From Octopus sinensis (taxonomy: Eukaryota), in the NCBI RefSeq assembly GCF_006345805.1, contig NC_043003.1:104222001-104286000 (forward strand): 64,000 bases of DNA, read 5' to 3'. Below are positions 40,115-55,787 of this stretch, in pieces (the stretch's first letter is position 1; the number at the start of each line of letters is the position of its first letter). Under the pieces are notes generated by a model, which was not told the DNA's origin, did no database searches, and was given only the letters and a program-made list of their open reading frames with translations. Both the position numbers and the translations under genes were made by a program.

Positions 40115-40428
40115 ATCCCGTGTCGGTGGCACATAAAAAGCACCATCCGAATCGTGGCCGAAGCCAGTGCCACCTCGACTGGCTTCCGTGCAGGTGGCAC
40201 GTAAAATGCACCAATCCGACCGTGGCCGATGCCACCCTTGCCTGGCACCAGTGCAGGTGGCACGTAAAAAGCACCCACTACACTCACGGAGTGGTTGGCG
40301 TTAGGAAGGGCATCCAGCTGTAGAAACATTGCCAGATAAGACCGGAGCCTGGTGCAGCCTTCTGGTCGAACTGTCCAACCCATGCTAGCATGGAGAATGG
40401 ACGTTAAACGATGATGATGATGATGAAT
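40098..40428 (+). mobile_element. SINE-like element with GGTGGCACGTAAAAAGCACC internal units and (GAT)n tail
   Basis: Ends GCATGGAGAATGGACGTTAAACGATGATGATG. Other copies lie at ~3500-3690, 25595-25820, 44290-44760 (+) and 48720-49030, 55830-56290, 59920-60110, 61530-61720 (-). Confidence 0.8.
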
Positions 40429-40443
40429 TGTATATATACATAT

Positions 40444-40836
40444 ATAGCATGGGTTGGACGGTTCAACTGGGGTCTGGGAAACCCGAAGGCTGCACCAGGC
40501 CAGTCAGATCTGGCAGTGTTTCTACAGCTGGATGCCCTTCCTAATGCCAACCACTCCGAGAGTGTAGTGGGTGATTTTATGTGCCACCGACACAGGTGCC
40601 TGACGAGGCTGGCGAACGGCCACGCTCGGATGGTGCTTTTTACGTGCCACTGGCACGGAGGCCAGTCAATGCGGTACTGGCTACGGCCACATTTGGATGG
40701 TTTTCGTATGTGCCACCGGCACTGGTACCACAAAACTACAAATTCCATTAATGTTCAACGAGTTTGCTTTTGATTTTGTCCATTTTCCATTTTCAGTTGC
40801 CTCAACAGGTCTTCACAAGTAGAGTTATGTGTCCCG
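40444..40836 (-). mobile_element. same SINE-like family, inverted tail-to-tail against 40098-40428
   Basis: TAGCATGGGTTGGACGGTTC...GGATGCCCTTCCTAATGCCAACCACTCCG is the reverse complement of the neighbouring copy. Confidence 0.8.
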
Positions 40837-41116
40837 TATTTATAAAAATATATATATGTATACATGTAAATATATATGTATAAATACATACATATATTGT
40901 GTGTGTATATATATATAATACTTTAATTGTTCCACTTATTGCGTTGTTGTCTTTTTTGTTTTTCTTGTTTGGATTAACTTTATATATATATATATATATG
41001 CATTTATATATGTGTATATGCATGTGTATATGTAAATATATATTCATGTATATATATATATGTATGTATGTATGTGTGTATATGTATATATGTGTGTGTG
41101 TATGCACATATATATA

Positions 41117-41471
41117 AACTAGAGAAAACCCACTATTATGCAATCGAAGCAATGATAGACATAAACCAAATCATAAATAAAAAATAAAATATATTTTAAA
41201 ACACAACTAGATCACAAAAAAATACAAAAATGAATAAATAATATATAACATAATATACTTATTATATATTGTTTATTCATTTTTGTACTTTTTGTGATCT
41301 AGTTATGTTTTAAAATATATTTTATTTTTTATTTATGATTTGGTTTATATCTATCATTGTTTGAATTACATAATAGCGGTTTTCTCTAAATTATATATTA
41401 TATATTTATATTGTGAAATTTGATTTAATACTAAATTGAATTTTTCCCTGTAAGTTTGGAGTTATACTCCC

Positions 41472-41475
<4 letters not shown>
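41117..41475. repeat. palindromic AT-rich interspersed repeat, ~135-bp arms
   Basis: 41119-41255 inverts to 41265-41392; same family as 711-1100. Its terminus (AGAGA.AAA.CCACTAT) is also shared with the hammerhead-bearing repeat at 10180-10340. Confidence 0.75.
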
Positions 41476-41514
<39 letters not shown>

Positions 41515-41859
41515 TATTTATTTATATATATATATATATACACACACATGAGATATGCATTGTTGAAGTTTTGTTGTACACTTATTCCAAAAGCACATAT
41601 CTTCCATGGAAAGTGGATCATTTGCACTTTCAAAGGGGCTCTATCCCTTTTTATAAACACATTTAGTGGGGTCGAATAATATTGTAAGATGGTAAAATTT
41701 TGGAAATCGTCTTTATTTATTAACTAGTACTTGTTATTTTAATAGAAATTGGAGGTATTTCAAATTTCGCAAATAGATAATACGAGCAAAACACCTCCCG
41801 TCCAATGGACGGTGCTGAATATGTTCACTACTATTTGCTTAATGTTAAAGTGATGCCGA

Positions 41860-44235
41860 CAATGATCTCGGATCACAACATAATAGAGCAGTCTATGTAT
41901 GGATCAAAAGCCCCCACAGACACACAGCCTATACAAAGCATCCACAATCTCCAACTTTCATAAAGCAAATTGGAAGTTGATCGAGAAAGAGATCCTCAAA
42001 CAGGATTGGTCTAAACGTCTCTCCACACCAGACACTGACATGAAACACAAACGCTTCATGTCCATAATACAAGCCATATGTGACAAATATGTCCCAGTGT
42101 GCAGGGCCAGCACACACAAAAACAAAAACAAGATCCCTAGAGTAAGGAAGATTCTTATGAGACGACGGACAAGGATTGCGAACCGCCTGAGCAAGCACAC
42201 CAAAAGTGGTGAGAAGTCTCGGCTCGAGAGAATGCTAATGGAAATTGAGAAAAGTCTGCATCAGTCTCATGAAAAGGATATAAGCAGATAAAGAAGCTTG
42301 GGTAATAGAAAATATCAAGTCAAACCCTAAAGCTTTCTTTAAGTTTGCCAAAGAGACAGCCACAGTGTGCCAGAGAATAGGACCTCTCTTCTAAAAAGAT
42401 GGCTCCCTCACAGGAAATCCCACGAGGATAAGTGAAATACTGAACGAACAGTTCCAAAGTGTGTTCACTACACCTCTAGGACACAGGCAAGTAAACAACC
42501 CAGAAGAATTCTTTGCCACTTTACCTGTGGCCAAAGAGGCAAAAATTGAGTACATCAACATTGAAGATGATGATATCACACTGGCCATAGATGAGATTGA
42601 CACAAACTCAGCTGCTGGACCTGACGGATTTCCAGCGATCCTTCTCAAATCGTGCAAATGAGCCCTTGCAAAACCGCTGTGGCTTCTTTTTCAGAGCTCT
42701 CTTGCAAGTGGTAAGCTCCTAGTCAAATTGAAAGAGGGGGTAATATGCCCTATCCATAAGGGAGGAAGCAGAGCAGATGCTAAAAATTATAGGCCTATCT
42801 CTCTGACTTCACACATCAGCAAAGTCATGGAATGAATAGTCCGCAAGAAACTAATCATGTTCCTTGAAGAAAATGACTTGCTGACTGACACCCAGCATGG
42901 ATTTCGACCAGGTAGAAACTGCCTAACACAGCTCCTGCAACACTATGACTGGGTGTTAAAACAGCTACTAATGGCTCAAATGTAGATGTGATATATCTCG
43001 ACTTTGCAAAAGCCTTTGATAAAGTCGACCATGGTATGATCTGTCACAAACTGCGTGATCTCGACATAGGTGGAAAACTTGGAGAGTGACTGCACAACTT
43101 CCTAAAAGATAGAAGGCAGGCAGTTGTGGCCAATGGAGCCACCTCCAAGGAAACACAAATAACAAGCAGTGTTCCACAGGGCACTGTCTTGGGGCCACTG
43201 CTGTTCATAGTGGCCCTTTCAGACATGCCCCCAGTTGCTAAGATGGCCACCCTTGCTAGCTATGCAGATGACACAAAAGTCTCCCACACAATACAAAACC
43301 CTGGAAATATTGCACATCTGCAACAAGAGTTGGATACAATATACAGGTGGGCTGAGGACAACAACATGCAGTTTAATGCAGGTAAGTTCCAGGCCCTGCG
43401 CTACTGGCACACAAAGGTAAACGACATGCAGACTGGATACACTGGCTTGGGAAGAATTGTAATTCCTGAGTCAAAATCAGTGCGTGACCTGGGCATTGAC
43501 ATGAGCAATGATGCCTCTTTCCAAGTGCATATTACTAATTTGGTGATAAAATGCAAACGGCTAGCTGGATGGATTCTCTGAACTTACAGAACAAGAGAGA
43601 AGGAGATACTGATGGTCTTTTGGAAAACTTTCGTCCTCAGCCGCTTGGACTACTGCTCCCAACTATGGTCACAACACAATATAAAGCTAACAGCAGAACT
43701 CGAAGCAATTCAAAGAAGCTACACAAAGAAGATCGTCTCAATGCAACATATCAGATACTGGGAAAGACTGAAAGTATTAAAACTCTTCTCCCCAGAGCGA
43801 AGGCAGGAGAGATATGCAGTGATGTACATCTGGAAAATCCTGGAGGGTCTTGTCCCAAACTTTGGCATTCAAAGTTAACCCAACCACAGAACGGGGTGCC
43901 ACTGCATGGTGCCAAAGATTCCAACATCACCATCAAAATACAGGACCAGATACTGCAACAGCTCTGGTTTCAGAGGACCACAGCTCTTCAACATCCTCCC
44001 TAAATGCCTGAGAGACTTGCATGGTGGGGTTTCTTTAAAACTAAACTGGATCTCTTCTTGTCGGGGGTCCCAGATGAACCTACCTCTTGGCAGGAGACAC
44101 AGATGCGGGCAGCGGCATCGAACTCCCTTGTCAACCAAGTGCCAAGTATCAGAGGTGGATTCACATACTAGTGTAGCTCATTCAGCGGTGGTGCCCCAGC
44201 ATGGCTACAGCCTTCGGGCTGAATCATTTTAAAGG
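41860..44235 (+). mobile_element. CR1-clade LINE ORF2 (reverse transcriptase), degenerate, with 3' tail
   Basis: Motifs AAGPDGF, NYRPISLTSHISKVME, QHGFRPGR, YLDFAKAFDKVDHG, PQGTVLGPLLF, YADD (43261) and VRDLG, interrupted by several stops. Confidence 0.92.
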
Positions 44236-44759
44236 ATTTAATATATATATATGTATATGTATATATATCATCATATATATATGTATGTATATATATATAT
44301 GTATGTATATGCATACCTTTCCTTCTTGGGACACAAAACTCTACTTGTGAAGACCTGTTGAGGTAAGGGAAAATCGAAATCGATCAACATCAATGGAAGT
44401 TGCAGCTGTGATACCAGTGCCGGTGGTACATAAGAGAACATCCGTACGTGGCTGTTGCCAGCGCTGTCCCGACTGGCCTCGTGCTGGTGGCACGTAAAAA
44501 GCACCATCCGATTGTGGCCTTTGCCAGCCTCACCTGGCCCCCGTCCCGGTGTCATGTAAAAAGCACCAGCCTTGTCTGGCACGTATAAAGCACCCACTAC
44601 ACTCACGAAGTGGTTGGCGTTAGGAAGGGCATCCAGCCGTAGGAACATTGCCAGATCAGACTGGGCCTGGTGCAGCCTTCTGGCTTCCCAGACCCCAGTT
44701 GAACCGTCCAACCCGTGCTAGCATGGAAAGCGGATGCTAAACGATGATGATGATGATGA

Positions 44760-46952
<2,193 letters not shown>

Positions 46953-47959
46953 TATGCTTCTGTTTGTGACTGTCAATGAATCTGATCCATCCATTAAAAA
47001 AAAAAAATTCCATTAGTTGAATTTTTGTACCTAAAGCGTGATTTTTTTGGCGTGATTTAACAGAATTATAAATGTCACTTTGGTCCAGCTGGTTTGATCC
47101 GTTACCATAACACTGCCTGCTTCCTTAAGCTCTCCCCCAAAATACCGTAATTAGCTATGAAACAACATATGTTGTATTATGAAGTTTTCACCAAATCAAA
47201 CATTCTGAAAACTGCAATGTGTGTATGTGTGTGTGTGTGTGAAATTTTGAATTTAGTTCACGGACCCCCAGTACTACCTTTGTGGACCCCAGGTTGGGAA
47301 CCACTGCACTGGGATAATGATAGTAATGATGATTTTACCCAAATAGCCGGACATATATTTAGCACTATCCCTTCCATGCAGTCCAGACAAACATTGCTGG
47401 GATCTACACACACACACACCCCTAATAAGTGTAGGTAGATCACAACAGGCCATATTCAGTGGCTCAGGCCCACCACATTTCTCTCCAGCACCGACATGTT
47501 CTAAGTTCAATACCTGTTATCCGGGACCTTTTTCATACCTTCTACATGGAGGGAGAAATATCTTTGTTGCCAACAGATGCAGTAACTTTTCAAAATCCCT
47601 ACTATTCTCTCCTTACTCAAGCTACTATGCTTCTCACTTACACAGAACTGTTAAAAACGGTCACAATCTACTGTAATAATACTCTAGTGTTTTTCTCTGT
47701 CACAACAAATGAATGGGAAAGGAAGGGGTAATAGATGAATAAGGAAGGAAGGGGTGAAAAAAAATCAAACAGCGTTTCAACTCTGTGTGAGTTTATGTGT
47801 ATGTATGTAAAAGGGAGGTGTGTGTGTGTGTGTGTGCAATGGGAGTGGGATGGCGAACATTCATCACTGAAAAGAAAAATCAGTGTTTCAACTCTGTGTG
47901 AGTTTATGTGCGTATGTGTACCAGGGAAGTATGTAAATGTTTGTATGTGAGATGCTAAG

Positions 47960-48600
47960 AGGCATTTCATTTATTCTTAGTTCAAATCCTGCAGTGGTGC
48001 TTGACTTTGCTGTTCATCTTTTTGGGGTCAATAAAACGAGTGCCAGTTAAGCACTGGGGTCAATGTAATTGTCTTAACTCCTCCTCCAAAATTGCTGGCC
48101 TTGTGTCTAAATTTGAAATCATTATTATTATCTTTTCGTTGTCAATGAGATAAATACTGGGATCGTTGTAGTTGACTAACCCTTCCTTTCAGAATTGATG
48201 GCTGGTAGCATCATTAGCTCATCAGACATAATGCTTAGTGGCATCTCTTCTGGCTTTTCACATTCTGAGTCAGCTCTGCCTCTCATCCTGTCTGGGTTGA
48301 TAAAATAAAGTACCTGTCAAATACTGAGGTTGATGTAATTGACTTGCGGCTCCCTCTAAAATTGCTGACGTTGTGCCAAAGTTGGAGACAGTTATTATTA
48401 TGATGAAGGGCAGTGAGCTGGCAGAATTGTTAGCATGCCAGGCCAAATGCTTTGTGGCATTTCATCCGTCTTCAGTTTCTGTGTTTAAATTCTGCCAAGG
48501 TCAATAAGTCGCAGTCAAGTGCTGGGGTCGATGTGATCGATTATACACCTTCCCACTAATTCTAGGTCTTGTGCCTATAGTAGAAAGGATTACTATTAGC
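47960..48600 (+). mobile_element. tandem cluster of the same tRNA-derived SINE family
   Basis: Several degenerate copies with the same boxes and tail, on the + strand. Confidence 0.75.
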
Positions 48601-49189
48601 ATTATTTTGAAGACACGATATTGACAGAATTGGTATAGTGCTGAAGTTTTTAGTTTTAGTTTCACTGTAGATTGACTTCACCTTTACTGTCCACTTTGGG
48701 TCCAAGCCTACACTACACATCATCATCGTTTAACATCTGTTTTCCATGCTGGCACGGGTTGGATGGTTCGACCGGGGTCTGGGAAGCCAGGACGCTGCAC
48801 CAGGCTCCAGTCTGATTTAGCAGTGTTTCTACAGCTGGATGCCCTTCCTAACGCCAACCACTCCGTAAATGTAGTGGCTGCTTTTTATGTGCCAGGGGAG
48901 GCTGGCAGAGGCCACAATTGGTTGGAGCTTTTTAGGTGCCACTGGCACAGAAGCTAGTCAAGGTGGCGCTGGCATCAGCCATGTTCGGATGGTACTTTTT
49001 ACGTGCCACCGGCACAGGTATCACAACTCATTATTACATTGTTTATTGTTATATTTATATTTGGTGCTGTGATACATTGGTACACACACACACACACACA
49101 CAGATGTGATAAATCTTGAAAACTCTTCCAGGTTCACAGCTTATACATACACACATGAAGGCAAAAGTAACTTTGCCCCTAATGACTTG

Positions 49190-49490
49190 TTTTCCAATAC
49201 CTTCAAACACTGCACCCTAGATCTAGACCCTACCCTCACCAAAACTTTTCAATCTCTCTTTTTCTGTAGGAATCTTTTCCTTTTCCTCCTTAATGACCAC
49301 CAGTATGGTTTTTGCACAGACTTATCTATTGAAAACCTACTTCACCATATCACTCACCAATGGAGTCTCATCCTTCAGGAATTTGGTGAAAGTTGTTTGT
49401 GATGTCAGTAAAACATTTTTGACTGTGTAGCACTTGATTGAATCTTGTAGCAAAACTGCTCGCCTATAGGCTCCATCTGTCTCTTGTCTC
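49190..49490 (+). mobile_element. LINE reverse-transcriptase fragment (L2/CR1-like)
   Basis: LLNDHQYGFCTDLSIENLLHHITHQWSLILQEFGES is followed by a degraded D.SKAFD motif. A C-terminal piece of a similar element (EYCSHIW) lies at ~19500-19900. Confidence 0.6.
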
Positions 49491-51035
49491 CTAAATTGAA
49501 GGCTTTATTGTGTGGGGGTTGGAACTTGTGCTACTAGCATGTCCAGCTGTTTTCACTTAGCTCTTTGGATGACTGTTAATTCCTTGAAGTAGTGGGAGAC
49601 TCACTGCGGTGGAATCTGTGTAGACATGAATTTATGGTATGAAGATTGAGTCATTTCTGTCCCAGTGACCTAATAATGGCGACAGAAGGTGACCACTACC
49701 ATGTGTTTACAGTCATGAAGGGAACTTCTCAGCAGTTGCTTGATTTGTTATAACTAGCTCCGGCAGTCCCTCAGATTGCTTCTTACCTTTTAAAAAAGAG
49801 GGGTACTTTTTGGTTATCGTACCCCCTTAAAAAATTGGGTTAACCCCCCACCTCGTTTTACGAGAAATATCGGTACTTTTGGTTATCTCCTTCAACTAAA
49901 AAAACTGTTTAACCCTCAATAAAACAAAAACAAAAAATGCCAAAATTAATAAGCATTAAGAGTGAAAAGACGAAACATAGTTTTGACTCTGATAATATTT
50001 TTATAACAAATCATAGCATTCCTGTTGAGGAGGCCAAGAATCAAAAGGATCTAACCCTTTTAATCCAATCTCTTGTCACCACATTAATTCGATTTTTTAG
50101 TGGGGAAATAACTCTATATTTTAATGGGGCTGAGATGACCAAAAAGTACTAAAAGGGGAACACTTCTAGTCCTGTCTTTTATCTTTTATTGGTTACAGTC
50201 ATTAGATTGTGGTCATGCTGGAACACTGCCTTGTATGTATACACGCGCGCAAAGATGGATAGATTACACCCGGAACCTCTTTGGTTATAGGTTTAAAATC
50301 TGAGTAAAGCTCTTCTTTCAAGGTATCCCAGGTGGTCTGAAATCGATTTCGTTTTCCCTCTAACGCATCCAGGTGGTTAGTCGGAAGGCGGTCTCATATG
50401 TTGCTACTACTACAATTACTAACTGTTATCACAATTACTGCTGCTGTTCTAAAATGCAGTAAATAAACGTTTTGAGGAGTTAATTTAAAATCGTTTGGGT
50501 GGTAAGGACAGTAATTTGACATATTTTATTCACTCCACCTTTGAGTAAACCGAATACCATTTCAAGTCAGCAAGAGGTACGTAAAGCATGATGAAGTAGG
50601 GTTAACGTGAAAAATCGTTACACCGGGACTTTAAATATTTTCTAGGTGTCTGTTTGCCTTACCTTGAGGTACTTCTACATATATGGTTGTGTGTGTGTGT
50701 TGTTTATGGAACGTTGAAGGGTGGGAAAATATGATCAAACATCGGTGGGATTTTTGAGGGTTTTGTTTTTGGTAGGGCGGGGGTGTATTTTGTCGAATTA
50801 CCTGCGTTTCAGAATATGTTGGGTTTTTATAAAATGACGAAATGTATCGACTTCTTCTCACTCCCAGGTCCCTTAATTTTCGTTTTGATCGAGACAACCA
50901 TTCCGAAAAGTACCGGATACATTTCAAGAAAGTGTTTTTTTTTTATATGTGTGTGTATGTATGTGTATATATGTGTGTGTGTGTGTATGTATATGTATGT
51001 GTGTGTATGTATATATATATGTATGTGTGTGTATG

Positions 51036-51077
<42 letters not shown>

Positions 51078-51733
51078 ACCTGTGTTTCCACACCACCTCT
51101 TCATCTCCCTTCATTTATTTGTCTTTGTCTTTGTTTCTTTTTAATCTGTGGATATACGGTTGCTCTAAATAGACACAAATGGTTGTAAATAAAAAAAACC
51201 CTCGAGTCTAGATGCTCATTTGGCTTTTCAAAACAGAAATCATCTATTTTTCATTCAAGTCATAGAAACACAACATCACAATGTTTACAATATGTAGTTC
51301 ATTGTGACAGCTGCTGCTGTAGTAGCTGTGCCATTTAAACACTGGTTGTAGCAGCTCACCTCTGGGATCTTTGCCCATTTAACTTTTACTGGGTTTAAGT
51401 ATGTTCCACTGTTAGACGACATTAAGAAATAATTTAAGTGGAAAGGATTCAATTTGGGCATTAGTTGATTCCAGGGTGATGGCCAGGTGGTCGGGTGGGT
51501 GACGGTATAAGCTTCCACTAATGTAAACTAACTTCTAGTTTAGACTAATTTCTAAATTCATTTATGCTCTGGGATAAGGAGAGCTTGAATTTATGTCATT
51601 TTTATGAATTCTATTATTGACCCCGTTTCTAGTTTCTTTCTCGACTCTGTACGGAGACGACGGACGGCGACGACAGGATTCCTAACAATAGTGACTAACA
51701 CGTATACACATTCCTTGGCCGCGACAGAACAAC

Positions 51734-51891
51734 ATGGAAAACGACAACCAGACACAACAGAATGCAGACGTTGCCCCTCATGTGTTGGAAGGGAGTTTTC
51801 GCGAAGCAGCTGCCTGTGGGGACATGGAAAAACTGACCGAAATCGTGGAGAGTGGTGTGGATGTTAATTCACAGAGCAGTCTTCATGGGTG
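51734..51891 (+). CDS. ANKRD40: ANKRD40-like gene, alternative first coding exon 1B (MENDNQTQQNADVAPHVLEGSFREAAACGDMEKLTEIVESGVDVNSQSSLHG, ends phase 2)
   Basis: ATG at 51734 (AACATGG) with an in-frame upstream stop at 51692-51694. It is 52 codons plus TG, then donor GTAAAT at 51892. Clear paralog of exon 1A (REAAA.GD..KL...V....VD.NSQ.SL.G). Not in the ORF track; found by manual translation. Confidence 0.8.
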
Positions 51892-52019
51892 GTAAATATT
51901 ACACAACAAAACACGTGTACATATGTTAGAGTGTGTCTGTCTTCCTAGTGTGTGTGTGTGTGTGTGTAAACGATGATAGGGCGATCTTTCGTTTTCTTCC
52001 GGTTTTATGTCTTGTTCAA

Positions 52020-53740
52020 ATTTCCAGGTCGACTTTAGTACTTATTTTATCGATCTTTTTAGGGTCGTAATCGATTAGCCCCCCTCCTCTAATTTTCCAG
52101 GCCTTGTGCCTATAGCTGAAAGGATTATTAAAGGTGGCGGGCTGGAAGAATCGTTACCACATCAGAAAAAAATGTCTAGCGGCATTTCTTCCGACCTTAT
52201 GTTCTGAGTTCAAATCATGCTGGGGTTGATAAAATAAATACCAGTTGAATATTGGAGTTGATATAATCGACTAGTCCTCGTTCTCCGAAATTGCTGGCCT
52301 TGTGCCAAAATTTGAAATCATTATTAAGGTGGCAAGCTGGCTGAATTGTTAGCATGCTGGGCAAAATGCTCAGCTGCATTTCGTGTCTTTATGGTCTGAA
52401 CTCAAATTCGACTTCACCTTTCATCCTTTTGGGGTCAATGAAATAAGTACCTGTTGCGCACTGGGGTCAATGTAATCGACTAGCCCACTCCCCAAAAGTT
52501 CAGGCTTTGTGCCTATAATAGAAGGGATTATTGTTATTGTTATGGCAGTGATTTTCTGACTCATGAGTGTTTTAAAGAAATGTTTTGCAGTATTTGTTCT
52601 GACTCCTTAGTTTCTGAGATCAAATCCTGCAGAGGTCTACTTTGCCTTTCATCCTTCTAGGATTGATAAAATAAAGTGCCAATCAAGTACTGAGGTTCAT
52701 TGCAATCAACTAACTCCTATCAGAAATTGTTGGCTTTGTGCCTAAATTATTGTCAGGGTGGATGGCAGACACATTAGAGAGCTTCAGATAGAAGGTTTTG
52801 CAACGTTTGTTTAGGCTCTTTGCATTTTGAAATTGAATTCTGTCAAGGTCAACTTTACTTTTCATCCTTTCAGGGCCAGGGTTGATATAATTGACTAACT
52901 CTCATCTTGAAAACTGCTGGTCTTGTGTCTAATTTAGAAATTGTTGTTGAATTCAAATCCCCTGAAAATGAACTTCACCTTTCAACTCTACAGAGTCAAT
53001 AAAGTACTTGTCTTGTACTAGGGTTGATAGTATCAACTAACTCCCTTCCCCTCAGAATTGCTGGCCTTGTGAAAAAAATCAAAAATAACAACAAAACTTA
53101 GCTAGAAAAATTGTTAGCATAATTTCTTTTGGCTCTTTACACTTTGACTTCAAATTCCATTTAGGATAACTTGGCTTTTGGGGTTAATGCAACAAATACC
53201 AGTTGAATACTGGGTTTTATGTAATTGATTAACAAATTTGAAGTCTTCCAAAATTGTTGGCCTTGTGCCAAAACTAGAAACCATTATTATTATTTGAAGT
53301 GGCAAGCTGGCAGAATCATTACTGCACCGGACAAAATACATAGTAGCGATTCTTCTGTCTCTCTATATATTCTGGGTTCAAATGCTGCCGGGGTTGACTT
53401 TGCTTTTCATCCTTTCTGGGTCGATAAAGTAAGTACCAGTTGAGCACTGGGGTTGATGTAATCAACTTACCCCCTTCCCCAAACTTGCTGACCCTGTTCC
53501 AAAGTTTCAAACCGTTATTTAAGGTGACAAGCTGGCAGAATTGTTAGCACACTGGGTAAAATGCTTAGCAGCATTTCATCTGTCTTTACGTTCTAAGTTC
53601 AAATTCTACCAAGGTTGACTTTGCCTGTCATCCCTTCAAAGTCTGTAAAATAAATACCAGTTGAGAACTGTGGTCAATGTAATTGACTTAACCCTCCCCT
53701 AAAACTGCTATCTTTGTGCCAAAATTTAAAACCATTATTA
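52020..53740 (+). mobile_element. tandem cluster of the same tRNA-derived SINE family, immediately downstream of exon 1B
   Basis: Repeated GGTGGCAAGCTGGCAGAA...TTCTGAGTTCAAAT...CCTTTCATCCTTT...AAGTACCAGTTG units on the + strand; further copies at ~54390-54570. Confidence 0.8.
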
Positions 53741-54716
53741 TTATTATTATTGTTGTTGTTGTTGTTTTGAATGTGGACGGAAGTGTTTTCATAAGTTGTA
53801 AGTTTTGGGCCAATTTTCATTGGAAATATTGTTAAACCTATTGATATTTTTGTATATTTGTGTAGCCAAGCCGACTGGGCTCTTGCTGAGCTAATTAGGC
53901 AGAATTTTCCCCTTTTAGGGGTGAATTTTTCATTTTAAAACTTCAAATTTTGTTTTTGAAACTTGTAAATTTTGTCAAAATGTCTTTGAAGAGAACAGTA
54001 AGCTGTTCCCTTCTTTGTCTACCACACCCTCTGCAGATGGACAGCAAGACAAGTCGAGTGTCAAATGTGAATACGCTCTACCTGATTCACGCCTTAAAAG
54101 GCAAAGAAGATAAAGTAAAATGGTGTTCCACCTCGTGCAGCACTACTGAAGAAAATGAAGGCTGTTCTTTGGACCCCCTTTCAAATGTGGTCTCATCACC
54201 ACTATTGCTCCTACACCGGAGAAGGAGGAAGAGAGGAGTAACAACATGGCTACCAAAGAAACCAACACAGGCAACAACAAAACCCATTTTGTAATTGTTT
54301 CGCATCCGCAGCAAATCTCAGAGGAAATCAATGTTACAATGGATGAAATAAAAAAATGCAAAGGAGTTGTTAAGGAAGGATGGAAAGAATATAATCAACC
54401 AGCCTCTTCCCCCAAATTTCAGGCCTTGTGCCTATATTACAAGGGAAGAAATAATAAATGAAATAAGTCCCAGTTCTGAACCGGGTTACTGCGACTGACT
54501 TACACTTCTCCTCAAAAACTTCTGGTCCTGTGCCAAAAATTGAAACCATTATTATTAGTATCATTCTTTTTAACTCGGGGGTTTTGTTGGAATTCCTGGA
54601 GTCTTGCATGTGTAATACGCTTGCTACCTGCAGCCTACAGTACCAGACTATCTGTTCTTTTCAACTATCTAATACTTTCCTGATTATTCTGGTAATGCCA
54701 TCATCATCATCATCAT

Positions 54717-55092
54717 TATACTCTTTTACTTGTTTCAGTCATTTGATTGCAGCCATGCTGGAGCACCGCATTTAGTCGAGCAAATCGACCCCAGGACTTA
54801 TTCTTTGTTAGTCTAGTACTTATTCTGTCAGTGTCTTTTGCCAAACCGCTAAGTTGCAGGGACGTAAACACACCAGCATCAGTTGTCAAGCAATGTTGGA
54901 GGGACAAACATATACACACACATACATATATATGATGGGCTTCTTTCGGTTTCTGTCTACCAAATCCACTCACAAGGCTTTGGTTGGCCCGAGGCTATAG
55001 TAGAAGACACTTGCCCAAGGTGCCACGCAGTGGGATTGAACCCGGAACCATGTGGTTCGTATGCAAGTTACTTACCACACAGCCACTCCTAC
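54717..55092 (-). mobile_element. tRNA-derived SINE (OK-type), antisense in intron 1
   Basis: Reverse complement of the 30867-31280 family; a further antisense partial copy is at ~61790-61935. Confidence 0.85.
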
Positions 55093-55638
55093 ACCTAAGA
55101 CAGAAACAGTTGAACTCTTGACAACAACATTGCAGTATTTAGTTGTGTAAAGTGACTGGAATAGTTGAGACTAAAACCAGTCTTTTGTCTTCATGTTTTG
55201 TACTTTAAATGATACTATGGTTGACTACTTTTCACTTTCCTGAGGTCAATAGAATAAATACCGGTCAAGTTAGTATTATGGATTTTACAGTTCCTGAAGA
55301 TTTGCTGCCAAAGCTAGTAATCGTTATAATTATATCCTTATTGTTTACTTGGAGATGGTCATATTTTGCCAATTAAACATGCACACACTATACATTTGAT
55401 CTTCACTTCAGCTTTATTATTATTATTATTTTAGTCTCTTAGTCCAAGCTCTTTCCACACACATCCTGAGACCTCTTCAGCAACTCTAACTCACATGTCT
55501 ACTCTTATTCTTTAATTGGCAAACTATGACCATCCTTATCTATAATTATAACTATCTGTATCTATGATTTCTTGTCAAGATTCTTCCAAAACAAATACAT
55601 ATCATTATTTTTTATTTATTCATTTATTTTAATTTCAG

Positions 55639-55787
55639 TACTGCTTTGCACTGGGCTACCATTAGAAACCATACATCTGTTGTTGCTTTCCTTTTGACAC
55701 ATGGTGCAGATAAAAATATAAAAAATTTCGATGGTAACATCCCTGCTGAATTAACATCAGACTCCACCATACATCAGTTACTGGGAG
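55639..55787 (+). CDS. ANKRD40: ANKRD40-like exon 2, ankyrin repeat (TALHWATIRNHTSVVAFLLTHGADKNIKNFDGNIPAELTSDSTIHQLLG), phase 2 in, phase 1 out
   Basis: Acceptor TTTTAATTTCAG| at 55638 and donor G|GTAAGT at 55788. Canonical ankyrin consensus TALHWA...LL..GAD.N. The 149 nt are 1 nt, 49 codons and 1 nt, in frame with both 1A and 1B. Confidence 0.88.

Noticed and set aside
38118-40136. 551-aa and 317-aa ORFs, the longest in the track
   Set aside because: Pure translations of TA/CATG microsatellite (Y/I/M/C/V/H only); stop-free by composition.
44400-44620. Repeated GGTGGCACGTAAAAAGCACC units with variable spacers, superficially CRISPR-like
   Set aside because: Internal units of a dispersed eukaryotic SINE-like family; the spacers are related to each other and no cas genes are present.
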